Part shown: piece after piece, positions 13,201 to 24,100 of the stretch
Position numbering within the stretch: position 1 is the stretch's first letter
Layout: the number at the start of each line of letters is the position of its first letter
Assembly (NCBI RefSeq): GCF_023055435.1
Contig: NW_025963779.1
Location: 90,458,001 to 90,522,000, forward strand
DNA: 64,000 nucleotides
Direction: 5' to 3'
Source of the DNA: Haliotis rufescens
Lineage: Eukaryota
Made by a program: the position numbers and the translations under genes
The notes under the pieces: model-generated
What the model saw: the letters and a program-made list of their open reading frames with translations, nothing else
What the model was told of the DNA's origin: nothing
Databases searched by the model: none

Positions 13201-14094
13201 ATTCTAACCCAGATCAGTCACTGTATTACTCCACCCACTCCAGCCTTGTGGCTCCACCCACTTTGCCTTATGTCAGTCACTGTATGACACCACCCACATG
13301 GCGCCAGCCACATTGACTCACTGTATGACAACACCCACTTTGCCTCATGTCAGTCACTGTATGACACCACCCACATGGCTCCACCCACATTGACTCACTG
13401 TATGACTCCACCCACTCCAGCCTTGTTGCTCCATCCACTTTGCCTCATGTCAGTCACTGTATGACACCATCCACATGGCTCCACCCACATTGACTCACTG
13501 TATGACAACACCCACATTGACTCACTGTATGACAACACCCACATTGACTCACTGTATGACAACACCCACATGGCGCCACCCACATGGTGCCACCAACATT
13601 GACTCACTGTATGACAACACCCACATTGACTCACTGTTTGACAACACCCACATTGACTCACTGTATGACAACACCCACATTGACTCACTGTATGACACCA
13701 CCCACATGGCGCCACCCACATTGACTCACTGTATGACAACACCCACATCAGCCACATGGCTCCACCCACTTTACCCTACTTGTGTCTTCCCTATATATGA
13801 ATATGTTATTTGATTCCATCGAGTTCCATTAAGTTCAGGGTTCAGTGCAATACTGTGTAAAGTGCTATGCGTTCATAACCCGCCTGGTGTAAAATAGACT
13901 TTTGAAATTAATTCAACATCCCCTTTGCATCATCACTCAACTTGTTTCAGTTATTCAAGGACCTTGACAAAGACGGCAGCTTGTCGCTGTCGCTGGAGGA
14001 ATTGTACAATGTGGACATCAACAAGATTCTGCAGAAGTATTCAAGCCTTGATGCAGCACTAACTGCAGAGGACATTACACATGATGAACTTTAG
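6938..14094 (+). CDS. JmjC (Cupin_8-like) 2OG/Fe(II) oxygenase gene B, 398 aa: signal peptide, JmjC, EF-hand-like loop, C-terminal HDEL
   Basis: Exons 6938-7224, 7577-7743, 8052-8221, 10265-10425, 10980-11144, 12059-12161, 13951-14094; all GT-AG, phases consistent, total 1197 nt. Motifs: TKSVLHNDDYENFNCVLDGTKE (HxD, N, K), GDCLYIPYQWYHQVNS, DLDKDGSLSLSLEE, THDEL*. Confidence 0.88.
7310..7553 (+). mobile_element. SINE-like dispersed repeat, family S2
   Basis: Core GGTCAGGCTCGCTGACTTGGTTGA...GTCTGGTCCAGAC...GCTGAGTGCGGCGTTAAA plus (AAAC)n tail. Other copies at 10510-10880, 12967-13215 (-), 29969-30208 (-), 58072-58232 (+). Confidence 0.75.
7577..7743 (+). CDS. Gene B exon 2
   Basis: ctag|G...KEVGEEYIDAEPARKENR...KLM G|gtgagg; aligns with gene C exon 2. 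Confidence 0.88.
8052..8221 (+). CDS. Gene B exon 3 (JmjC HxD motif)
   Basis: 170 bp, same length as gene C exon 3; WFSSGGTKSVLHNDD...FVDT|gtagaa. Confidence 0.9.
8207..10095. repeat. 21-bp minisatellite (TTCTTATTCATAGACACGGTG) with 145-bp higher-order units, starting inside gene B exon 3
   Basis: TCGTAGACAC recurs at 8211, 8356, 8501, 8646, 8791; simple 21-mers follow. Confidence 0.95.
9574..9741 (+). mobile_element. tRNA-derived SINE, family S1, inserted in the minisatellite
   Basis: A box TAGCCTAGTGG, B box GGTTCGATTCC, (ACTC)n tail. Copies at 21718-21889 (-), 36611-36832 (+), 54075-54226 (-). Confidence 0.85.
10265..10425 (+). CDS. Gene B exon 4
   Basis: 161 bp, same length as gene C exon 4; YSDVDVDKVDMHKFP...GDCLYIPY, CA|gtaagt. 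Confidence 0.9.
10510..10880. mobile_element. Inverted pair of S2 SINE segments in gene B intron 4
   Basis: 10518-10645 is approximately the reverse complement of 10709-10837. Confidence 0.8.
10980..11144 (+). CDS. Gene B exon 5 (third Fe ligand, WYHQV)
   Basis: ttcag|G TGG TAC CAT...RSLAINFWF...TG|gtatca. Confidence 0.87.
12059..12161 (+). CDS. Gene B exon 6
   Basis: ttttcag|G NKFTWSFQ...FLQDE|gtaagt; phase 2 to 0 as in gene C exon 6; not shown in this frame by the ORF track. Confidence 0.75.
12190..13770. repeat. Complex minisatellite (CTGTATGAC...CCCAC core; 32-bp then 27-bp units), interrupted by SINE pieces
   Basis: TTGTCTCACTTCGCTGTATGACTCAACCCACT and CATTGACTCACTGTATGACAACACCCA units. 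Confidence 0.9.
13951..14094 (+). CDS. Gene B terminal exon (EF-hand-like loop, HDEL stop)
   Basis: gtttcag|LFKDLDKDGSLSLSLEELYNVDINKILQKYSSLDAALTAEDITHDEL*. Confidence 0.85.
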   Translation, partial: LFKDLDKDGSLSLSLEELYNVDINKILQKYSSLDAALTAEDITHDEL

Positions 14095-14973
14095 CAGCTG
14101 AGTAACTTTGACAGGGGTAAACATTAACCCTGGTGTAAAGTGGCAACAAACTCTTGCTAGGGGTACTGGCGTATTTAACCCCGTTTACCTGTACATATAA
14201 TGATAAGTTAAGTAGTGGTATGTTACTCTGTGATCCAGAGGGCCAGAAAACTTTTTGAGGAATTGAGTTTTTACTCCAGGGTTTCTAATTTAATATTGGG
14301 TTATTACATTTTTCATTTGGTAACCAATATTTTTTCACTCATCTATTCATCACTCTATTGGGTTTTTCCCAAAATTAGTGAACATTTTAAGATTTAAAAA
14401 TGAAATAATGTTATAGATGTATATAACTGTTCTAAATATAAAGGCTTGGCTTGGAAAATAAATACGCTTGTAATTGTGTTTCGGAAATTAGCTCCTTTGT
14501 ACGCATGCTGAAAAAGCTTCTTTGGGTATTTATGAGTGATGTTTTTATACATTTGAGTTTTTCATTTAATGCATGTGTTTCTGTATGCAAGTTAATTGAA
14601 AGTAATTGGGTTTTGAATATTTTTGGGGGGTATTTTACGCAAATACGCTGCTTATCTGTAGCTCTGGCGATCACCATGTATGTTGGTTGGCCTGCAACAG
14701 TAGTGACATGATGGTCCAAGACGGGGGCGGACATGATGCCACACGAAATGAAGGGGGGGAGATTTGCTTTATATCATGGTTGCCATTTGGCTGAGATATT
14801 GCCGTTACAACATTAACAAACACACTTTATATAATTAGTTTACAAAAAGTCGCAATAAACACAAGCAATGACTGGTTAAACGTGTGAGCATCTGTCACAG
14901 CCATGGATGCAGAATGACATAATCCAGCTGGCGGGAACTGATCACTTGATCTCTGTGTTCGTCTACTTACAAA

Positions 14974-15422
14974 GTGAGTGAGTTTGGTTTAACGCCACTT
15001 TAAACAGTATTCAGTGTCAGCTTAATGTGTGAGGAAACCCAAAGTGATGCAGTTCTCAGACGTTTACTACTTGTGAAACCAACGAGGCACAGTTACGGTG
15101 GCAAGTGACCTAGAAAAATAATCAAGCTTAACCGGGATTCGAACCCACAATCACAGGAGTGAGTGAGTTGGGTTTAACGCCTCTTGTAACAGTATTACAG
15201 TTATATCACGGAGTGTCAGCTTAATGTGGGGGGAAAGCCCGAAGTGATGTAAGTCTCAGACGCTTACCACTTCGGTGAAACCCACGAGCACGGGTATGGT
15301 GCTGACAAACCTAGAAACATAATCAGGGCGAACTGGGATTCAAACCCACAATCATAGGTTTCTGGCCTGCCAAAGGGACGTAACTCTGCACAGCAAATCG
15401 TGGCATCTTAGACCACTGGAGC
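14974..15422 (-). mobile_element. Two adjacent tRNA-derived SINEs, family S4 (14974-15155 partial, 15158-15422 full)
   Basis: Reverse complement matches the copy at 60522-60789; tRNA-like A and B boxes; (ACTC) tails. Confidence 0.8.
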
Positions 15423-15863
15423 TTTGTTACTGAGCAAATGTCAGTATTCACTGACAAGTGACATACTTTATTGCTTGGATTCAGAATAAAGACTCCAGAC
15501 ATTTCAGTATACGGGTTGTCTAACTTGCACATGACACCCTTCTCAACATCTTGCACCTTATTTACTCTGTCAAACTATCAACACAAACTCTTACCACAAA
15601 AGTAGTTTATTACAATATGGTTGTAATTCCCCTTGTATAATAATCAACATTTTAACAACTCATTGTATTAATTCAATAAACATAGACATGGCAATGATAA
15701 ATGGAAGATGTATTAAACAGGGTATAGCTCTAGGAATGGGTGAGTAACATTTACCACAGACAGGGCACAACAGACAGGGCACAACCTACAGGGCACAACC
15801 TACAGGGCACAACCTACAGGCCATGGCCAGCAGCGCACACAAACACTGACCACAGTAACACCA

Positions 15864-16269
15864 GACACGACTCAGTCTATGTACCTCCTGGATACATACA
15901 ACACGACTCAGTCTATGTACCTCCTGGATACATACAACAAGACTCAGTCTATGTACCTCCTGGATACATACAACAAGACTCAGTCTATGTACCTCCTGGA
16001 TACATACAACAAGACTCAGTCTATGTTCCTCCTGGATACATACAACAAGACTCAGTCTATGTACCTCCTGGATACATACAACAAGACTCAGTCTATGTAC
16101 CTCCTGGATACGTACAACAAGACTCAGTCTATGAACCTCCTGGATACATACAACAAGACTCAGTCTATGTACCTCCTGGATACATACAACAAGACTCAGT
16201 CTATGTACCTCCTGGATACGTACAACAAGACTCAGTCTATGTACCTCCTGGATACAAAAACAAGACTCA
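15864..16269. repeat. 36-bp minisatellite, about 11 copies
   Basis: CAAGACTCAGTCTATGTACCTCCTGGATACATACAA; 12-aa periodic ORFs in three frames. Confidence 0.95.
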
Positions 16270-16347
16270 CACAACAGTCACTGTCTAAACAGACAATTTT
16301 ATAATTATCACGCTCAACATCCACGCAATATATATCAGAGAACATAT

Positions 16348-16810
16348 CATCTTCCTGAGGCAAGGGAGTTAACCGACTATAAAAGTCCAGTTTCCATCCT
16401 TGCCAAACTAGGCTGGATTTATGGAGTTACATTGGATTTCAACGTGCAGATTTCGGTTGACTGCAGGTTTTGCAAAAGATGTGTCCCCTCAGCTGGGCTT
16501 TGACAGATATTTTTCAAATGTTTTCATGTCTCTAATCAAGGTGCACTTCGCAAGGTAAGACCTGTTTTATTTCAATATATATCTTGATCACTGATCAGAT
16601 CGTGTCGACCTGGCGCCGTCATTTTGTTTGAAGCAAATGAAAGTGATATGACAGGTGGAATCTCATTGGTCAATAGGAGGGGCTCAGAAGGGACACGACT
16701 CATAACAGCCACTGGTGGTGCTGCGATCGAGCCCAGAAATTCCAGCCTTGTTCGGCAAGGGTGGAAAGAGGACTTTTATAGTCAGTTAACTCCCTTGCCT
16801 GGGGAAGTAG
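16348..16810. mobile_element. Non-autonomous DNA transposon with ~70-bp TIRs and 9-bp TSD (Mutator-like MITE)
   Basis: TIR CATCTTCCTGAGGCAAGGGAGTTAA / TTAACTCCCTTGCCTGGGGAAGTAG; TSD AGAACATAT on both sides. Confidence 0.8.
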
Positions 16811-17734
16811 AGAACATATATGAAGCTATTAGGTAGGAATGCCATTGTATATCGCTATTATGATGTACATGTATTATTAATTTTTTAATGTTGACACTGT
16901 AGTGACACAAATTGATGAATATCAAAACTAAATGAACAATTCACTCACATTAGAAACAATTACTACAATTAAGATTATCCCGGCTAAGATGGACAATGAA
17001 AGGGCAGAAAGTTCAATTCTAAATACTAGATAATAGATCAATACTAAAATTTCAGTGACACCCTGAATTTTAGTAATGGCATCTACCTCTGCCTCTTCAA
17101 CATTTAGGTTGAAACTCACTATTTTGTGACAACCCTTCTAAAGCACCACACAAACTGATGAACAAGCTCATCTTGTTTGATCGATCGATCGATCACCTGT
17201 ACATATACTATATTATTAAGTACTAAAACCTCATATCTGTTTCATGTATTATGAATGCATATTAACACTGATATATCAATAATATATTAAAAATCTTTTG
17301 CTGAAATAAAATGTCTGCAGTCAATCCACCAAGTTCATTCTAATACTCATGTCAAGAGCTGTAACTTGTGTTTAATTGCATACTCAACCACATTATATTC
17401 AGAATGGAAAATCTAAAATATACAACTCAAAAGAAGTAAAAGAACATATACATGTCGTGCCAAGTTCATTCTAATACTCATGTCAAGAGCTGTTATTCCT
17501 CTTAATTTGTGCTTAATTGCGTACTCAACCACATTATATTCAGAATGGAAAATCTAATATATAGTAATAATACAACTCAAAAGAAGTAAAAGAACACCCG
17601 ATTCTTTCATATTACATGTCGTGCCATGACAGATTAACCATAGTAATATGAAAGAATCGGGTGTTCTTTAACTTCTTTGTGAGTAGTATACATTAACTAA
17701 ACCTTTAATCTTTCTTAAAGTTCATCCAAGGTCA

Positions 17735-18157
17735 TCAAAACTCATCATGCCTATGGCTAGACCTTTTTTCTTTATCGGTGTCAAGTTTTGTCTCCTGCTT
17801 CTGTCCCTTACTAGTGACCTTGACCTTGACATCATTAATCACTGGTCTTTCGTCATTGGCTGTTCTGTGAGCTGAGCCTCCATGCTTGGCGACCTCCTCC
17901 AACATTTTCTCAAACTCCTCGTCATCAGGAGTGATCATGGGGATGTTGATCTTACGATCTGATTCCTCTTGAAAGTCATCCTGGACTTTTATTGGCTCCT
18001 TTTGGGGTTTCTTCTTATGAACTTTCTCCTTCTGAAGCTTCACACCAGCAGCAAACAACTCTGGGAACTTCATGACAGCATCGTCAATGTCAAAGGCGTA
18101 GAGCTGCGCCCATGATAGGACCTCAGTCGTTTGATTCTTGCTGATGTAATGGAAAAA
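17735..18157 (-). CDS. Gene C terminal exon (charged tail, HDEF stop)
   Basis: ttttcag|FFHYISKNQTTEVLSWAQLYAFDIDDAV, continuing in frame into track ORF 17735-18073. Confidence 0.85.
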   Translation of the reverse strand, partial: FFHYISKNQTTEVLSWAQLYAFDIDDAVMKFPELFAAGVKLQKEKVHKKKPQKEPIKVQDDFQEESDRKINIPMITPDDEEFEKMLEEVAKHGGSAHRTANDERPVINDVKVKVTSKGQKQETKLDTDKEKRSSHRHDEF

Positions 18158-21100
18158 CTGAAAACAGGAGTGAGTGAGTGAGTGAGTGAGTGAGTGAGTG
18201 AGTGAGTGAGTGAGTGAGGTGAAATGGGGTTTAGTGAGTGAGTGAGTTTGGGTTAACGCCGCTTTTAACAGTACTCCAGTTATATCGCGGTGTGGAAATG
18301 GGGTTTGACATTGCGTCCAAGATTATTGCACTTATATAGCGACGTGCATGTATGTTTGTGTGTTTGATTTATAGAGCTAGCTAACTGAGATACCATGCCG
18401 CAGTTTAACATGAATACCCCACTCAGACACAGTATACCGACTCCAAGCCGACCAGTCCTTGTTTTAGCCCCTTAATGCCGAGCGCCAGACAGGGTAACAA
18501 CAAGTACCATCTTTTACCGTCTTTTGGTAAGACGCGTCCGGGGATCAAACCCCAGACCTTCCGCTCTCCGGGCGGACGCTCTACCACTAGACCACGGAGG
18601 CGGTCGAGTGAGTGTGAGTGACATTTACCTTCTTGATGAAACCAAGAGCACCAGTATGAGAGATCAGGCATGCAAATCAGGTAAAAAGGTTAAACTCATA
18701 AGGTGTATAATCTGTCTGGTAACCATAGTAACTCATTGGATTGGCATTTGTGGTACTTTCCAAAACATGTTTTCAATCTTTTAGTATATACTTGGCAAGG
18801 GACCTCCATACATAATAGAATTTCAAGTACGTTTAAGTAAGAAATTTGGATTTTATCTATTAATACTATGAATGGGAACACCTTGGATAACAAGTATTTG
18901 TCACAGAGTGACGAAATATCCTCCGCCTGTACACCATAGTACCAAATATGAAGACAATCCAGCGATTAGTTCTTGAGATATTGTGGCAACACCGTTTTCC
19001 AACTCCAAAAACAGATTTGCCTGCTGTGACCTTGAAAATGGGGTCAAGGTCACCAAATCTGACAGGTGTATGCGGTGTCTGTATATACACTATAGTTCCA
19101 AATATGAAGACAATCCAGCGATTAGTTCTTGAGATATCGCGGCAACACCGTTTTCTAACGCCAAAAGCAGATTTGCCTGCTGTGACCTTGACAATGGGGT
19201 CAAGGTCACCAAAACCGACTGGTGTCTGCGGTGTCTGTATATACACCATAGTTCCAAATATGAAGACAATCCAGTGTTTAGTTCTTGAGATATCGCGGCA
19301 ACACCGTTTTCCAACTCCAAAAGCAGATTTGCCTGCTGTGACCTTTAAAATGGGATCAAGGTCACCAAAACCGACTGGTGTCTGCGGAGTCTGTATATAC
19401 ACCATAGTTCCAAATATGAAGACAATCCAGTGTTCAGTTCTTGAGATATCGCGGCAACACCGTTTTCCAACTCTAAAAGCAGATTTGTCTGCTGTGACCT
19501 TGAAAATGGGATCAAGGTCACCAAAACCGACTGGTGTCTGCGGAGTCTGTATATACACCATAGTTCCAAATATGAAGACAATCCAGTGTTTAGTTCTTGA
19601 GATATCGCGGCAACACCGTTTTCCAACTCTAAAAGCAGATTTGTCTGCTGTGACCTTGAAAATGGGATCAAGGTCACCAAAACCGACTGGTGTCTGCGGA
19701 GTCTGTATATACACCATAGTTCCAAATATGAAGACAATCCAGTGTTTAGTTCTTGAGATATCGCGGCAACACCGTTTTCCAACTCTAAAAGCAGATTTGT
19801 CTGCTGTGACCTTGAAAATGGGATCAAGGTCACCAAAACCGACTGGTGTCTGCGGAGTCTGTATATACACCATAGTTCCAAATATGAAGACAATCCAGTG
19901 TTTAGTTCTTGAGATATCGCGGCAACAAACAGGTGGGACGTACGGACGGACGTACAGACGTACGGACGTACGGACGTACGTACGGACGGTCGTGAATACT
20001 ATATCCCCCGCTTCGCGCTTTCGCGCGGCGGGGGATAACAACCCAAAAGCCCAGATGGGACTCAACCCCCAAAAGTACTAGAATCTGTACTTTACTAAGA
20101 ATGTTATCCCAAAACATAACATTTGTTACATGTGTGCAATGATATTGCCTACTTCACAGAGCCTAGATGACCGGAGCCTGCGATTTCTGTAGAGACGTTG
20201 AAAATGTAAAGGTTCACAATGGACTGGCAGGTCGGAGAGAAAACAGCATATTGATAAGCTAACCATTCTGAAGTTTATGGGAAGCTGAGCATTCCATATG
20301 TTACATGGTTCACTTGCTACAACAGTGTGCAATTTGCTTCCTCTCTCCATTTGCCATACCACAGAGTAAAAGAGCTCGCCTGAAGTTGAAGTCCTGGGTC
20401 CAATTGCAAGAAAACTCTTTTATGATATCAAGGCTTGAAACATGAGAATGGTTAGCCTGTGAGATTATCCACATGTGCAAAAATGGCTTTGAGTGTGCTG
20501 CAATGTGTGTGGGTACCAAGCGGCGCTACAGCGGCAGTCGAAGAACTGGTTTCTGGTTTCATTCAGAAGGTCAGGAAATCACATCAACTGGGCCAGTAAG
20601 ATGGAACAAAAGGCAGTCGGAGGCTCTTGTTGATCTGATCTTGAGCTGGATCCAGGGTAGCAAAACTAGGGGAGGATATGCAAAGTGTGAAGAGTCTTAT
20701 ATGAGATCGCTAAAGCATCATGATCCCTCATGATCCCCTGTCCAGACTGGTACAAACACTGGTAGCTGATGATTGAACTGATTCGCATCCATTCCATCAG
20801 CAATGACAAACCTTTGTGAAACTGAACATTCACTCCGTCGAAAATATTCTAAGATCAAGAAAGACTTGAGTTGCTACAGAAGGCAGTCATTTTATGATTT
20901 ATGTAAAAGTTGAAGCAAATCCCCAAATGATGTAGTAAGACTTATATCAGACTGACTATACCTGGGACAGCCGGACACACAGCTGGTAGAGGTTGAGGCG
21001 ACTGTAGCAGGCCCAGATAACACTGCCATAGTGAAAGTCAACAGCACCGATGAGGCCATGAACATAATCAATCATTGACGAAGGGCAAAAATGCCACTGA

Positions 21101-24100
21101 GTAACCTTTGATGAATGTTCTGCCACACGCCATTGAAACAGGTAAAACAGGTAAAACAGGACATCAGCCCAGGAACAGACTGTTCGGGGAAAAACATCTC
21201 TATGGAAATTGGAACCACTTCTTCCCAAACCACCAAGTCCACCTCTTCCGGAACCACAAAGTTCTGCGTTTTTCGAACCACCAAGTTCACCTCTTCCCAC
21301 AACACCCAAGTCCATCTGTTCATTGTTAGTCTACAGCCAACATAATTTATAAATCAGAGTGTAAAAGGCAACAGGGTTGCAACGACCTGCCATATGCTGA
21401 AGAAGTGCCTAAGGTAATTTCAAAACAACCCTGTACACCCAATGTGAAAGGAGGCATAAGTCAATGCGACAAGAAAACCCAAGAAGGTAGAGCTGTATAT
21501 TTTCAGGGTGCATTTCTGTGAGCTGTTTTCACAATATATCATGTGACTACCACAGGTCCGGGTAGTCCTGTGGGTACCCAGGTCCGACTCAGGCCCCAAC
21601 TAACCGGAGTACCTGAGCTACTTGTCTCAGCCCTAGTGTGTGCTATGTAATAATGATTGCAAAGCTCAGGATTAGATCTCTGCAAAGTTCTTGTCTAGGA
21701 ATATCCAAAGAACCTGTGAGTGAGTGAGTGAGTGAGTATGGTTTTACGCCGCTTTTAGCAATATTCCAGCAATATCACGGCGGGGGACACCAGAAATGGG
21801 CTTCACACATTGTACCCATGTCGGGAATCGGACCCGGGTCGTCTGCGTGACGAGCGAACGCTTTAACCACTAGGCTACCCGACCTCCCCCCAAAGAACCT
21901 GTAAACACATGATAAAGGGGGTCTACTGCAGACTTACCTCCCCTGCTAGAGTTGCCTCAGCCAGGAACACAGACACAAAGTCAGCCTTGCTAATGCTGTC
22001 CATCTCACCGAACGGCTCCAGTATATGGCTCCTGTACACCACAAACAAATCAGGAAGTGTTAGTTGGGTAGTCACCATGGTTACAGTACATGGCTCCTGT
22101 ACACCACAAACAAATCAGGAAGTGTTAGTTGGGTAGTCACCATGGTTACAGTACATGGCTCCTGTACACCACAAACAAATCAGGAAGTGTTAGTTGGGTA
22201 TTCACCACGGTTCCAGCATACGTGTCGTATGTGAGACAGAACTGCACAGAACACATAATACATAACTATTACATGCAGAGCAACTTGTTTGTGCAGAGAG
22301 TGATGTGTGAGTAAGTGAGTTATTTGTTTGTGTATAGAGTGATATGTGAGTTATTATTGTGTATAGCATGATGTGTGAGTGAGTTATTTGTGTATAGCGT
22401 GATGTGTGAGTTATTTGTTTGTGTATAGTGCGATATGTGAGTGAGTGAGTTATTTGTTTGTGTTTTGCGTGATATGTGGGTGAGTGAGTTTTTTGTTTGT
22501 GTTTTGCATGATATGTGAGTTATTTGTTTGCATATACTGTGATGTGTGAGTTATTTGTTTGTGTATAGCGTGAGGTGTGAGTGAGTGAGTTATTTGTTTA
22601 TGTATAGCCTGATGTGTGGGTGAGTGAGTTATTTGTTTGTGTATAGCCTGATGTGTGGGTGAGTGAGTTATTTGTTTGTGTATAGCCTGATGTGTGGGTG
22701 AGTGAGTTATTTGTTTGTGTATAGCCTGATGTGTGGGTGAGTGAGTTATTTGTTTGTGTATAGCCTGATGTGTGGGTGAGTGAGTTATTTGTTTGTGTAT
22801 AGCCTGATGTGTGGGTGAGTGAGTTATTTGTTTGTGTATAACCTGATGTGTGGGTGAGTGAGTTATTTGTTTGTGTATAGCCTGATGTGTGGGTGAGTGA
22901 GTTATTTGTTTGTGTATAGCCTGATGTGTGGGTGAGTGAGTTAATTGTTTGTGTATAGCCTTATGTGTGGGTGAGTGAGTTATTTGTTTGTGTATAGCCT
23001 GATGTGTGGGTGAGTGAGTTATTTGTTTGTGTATAGCCTGATGTGTGGGTGAGTGAGTTATTTGTTTGTGTATAGCCTGATGTGTGGGTGAGTGAGTTAT
23101 TTGTTTGTGTATAGCCTGATGTGTGGGTGAGTGAGTTATTTGTTTGTGTATAGCCTGATGTGTGGGTGAGTAAGTTATTTGTTTGTGTATAGCCTGATGT
23201 GTGGGTGAGTGAGTTTTTTGTTTGTGTATAGCCTGATGTGTGGGTGAGTTTTTTGTTTGTGTATAGCGTGATGTGTGGGTGAGTTATTTGTTTGTGTATA
23301 GCCTGATGTGTGGGTGAGTGAGTTATTTGTTTGTGTATAGCCTGATGTGTGGGTGAGTGAGTTATTTGTTTGTGTATAGCCTGATGTGTGGGTGAGTAAG
23401 TTATTTGTTTGTGTATAGCCTGATGTGTGGGTGAGTGAGTTTTTTGTTTGTGTATAGCCTGATGTGTGGGTGAGTTTTTTGTTTGTGTATAGCGTGATGT
23501 GTGGGTGAGTTATTTGTTTGTGTATAGCCTGATGTGTGGGTGAGTGAGTTATTTGTTTGCGTTTGGAGTGTGACTGGAGTGTGGTCAGCGAGTGACAAGC
23601 ACAGATATGGTGCAGACAGGCCAAGGATCACAACGAGAACGAAACTCAGACTTGAACCCAGCAGATCCTGGCGGCACAGGGACATTGCTGCATCACCAGC
23701 AGGTGCCCCCTGACAGAGCACGTGTTTTGTGTGTCAGCAGCAAGTCATCTACTAGATGCCAGTCTGTATACATCGGCCCTAGCAATACCAGTGAGCCAAT
23801 ACATATTTACTGAATCAACAATTTCTATTCTTTCACCTCGGTGTGTCACGATAAATCGAAATATCGATATATTGCTATTGGTAAGCACTTAAGTCAATAA
23901 ATCGATTGTTAAATCAGTTTCCGATCAATAGTAACGATTTTAGTTAGGAATATTGATAGTTTCAATTGTATTTACCATATCAATAAAATACATGCAATGC
24001 TGTTCAAATTTGTTTTTCTTTTGATCATGAGTGGTAGTAATTTACACATGGTAATGTTGAAGTTTCTTTTTCTTAAATTAGGGTAAAGAAAAAACAAATC

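Noticed and set aside
15740-16304. QQDSVYVPPGY ORF resembling a structural protein; also a 36-bp CRISPR-like length
   Set aside because: Open in several frames on both strands, no signal peptide, units abut with no spacers, eukaryotic context.
18866-20081. 377-aa and 399-aa repeat proteins
   Set aside because: Central array of a Helentron-like element.
20126-21345. Several moderate ORFs and a possible minus-strand donor near 20960 in gene C intron 6
   Set aside because: No recognisable domain or consistent frame; gene C splices in frame without them.
23401-23721. Hydrophobic ORF start resembling a signal peptide
   Set aside because: Runs directly into the 39-bp minisatellite; no supporting structure.
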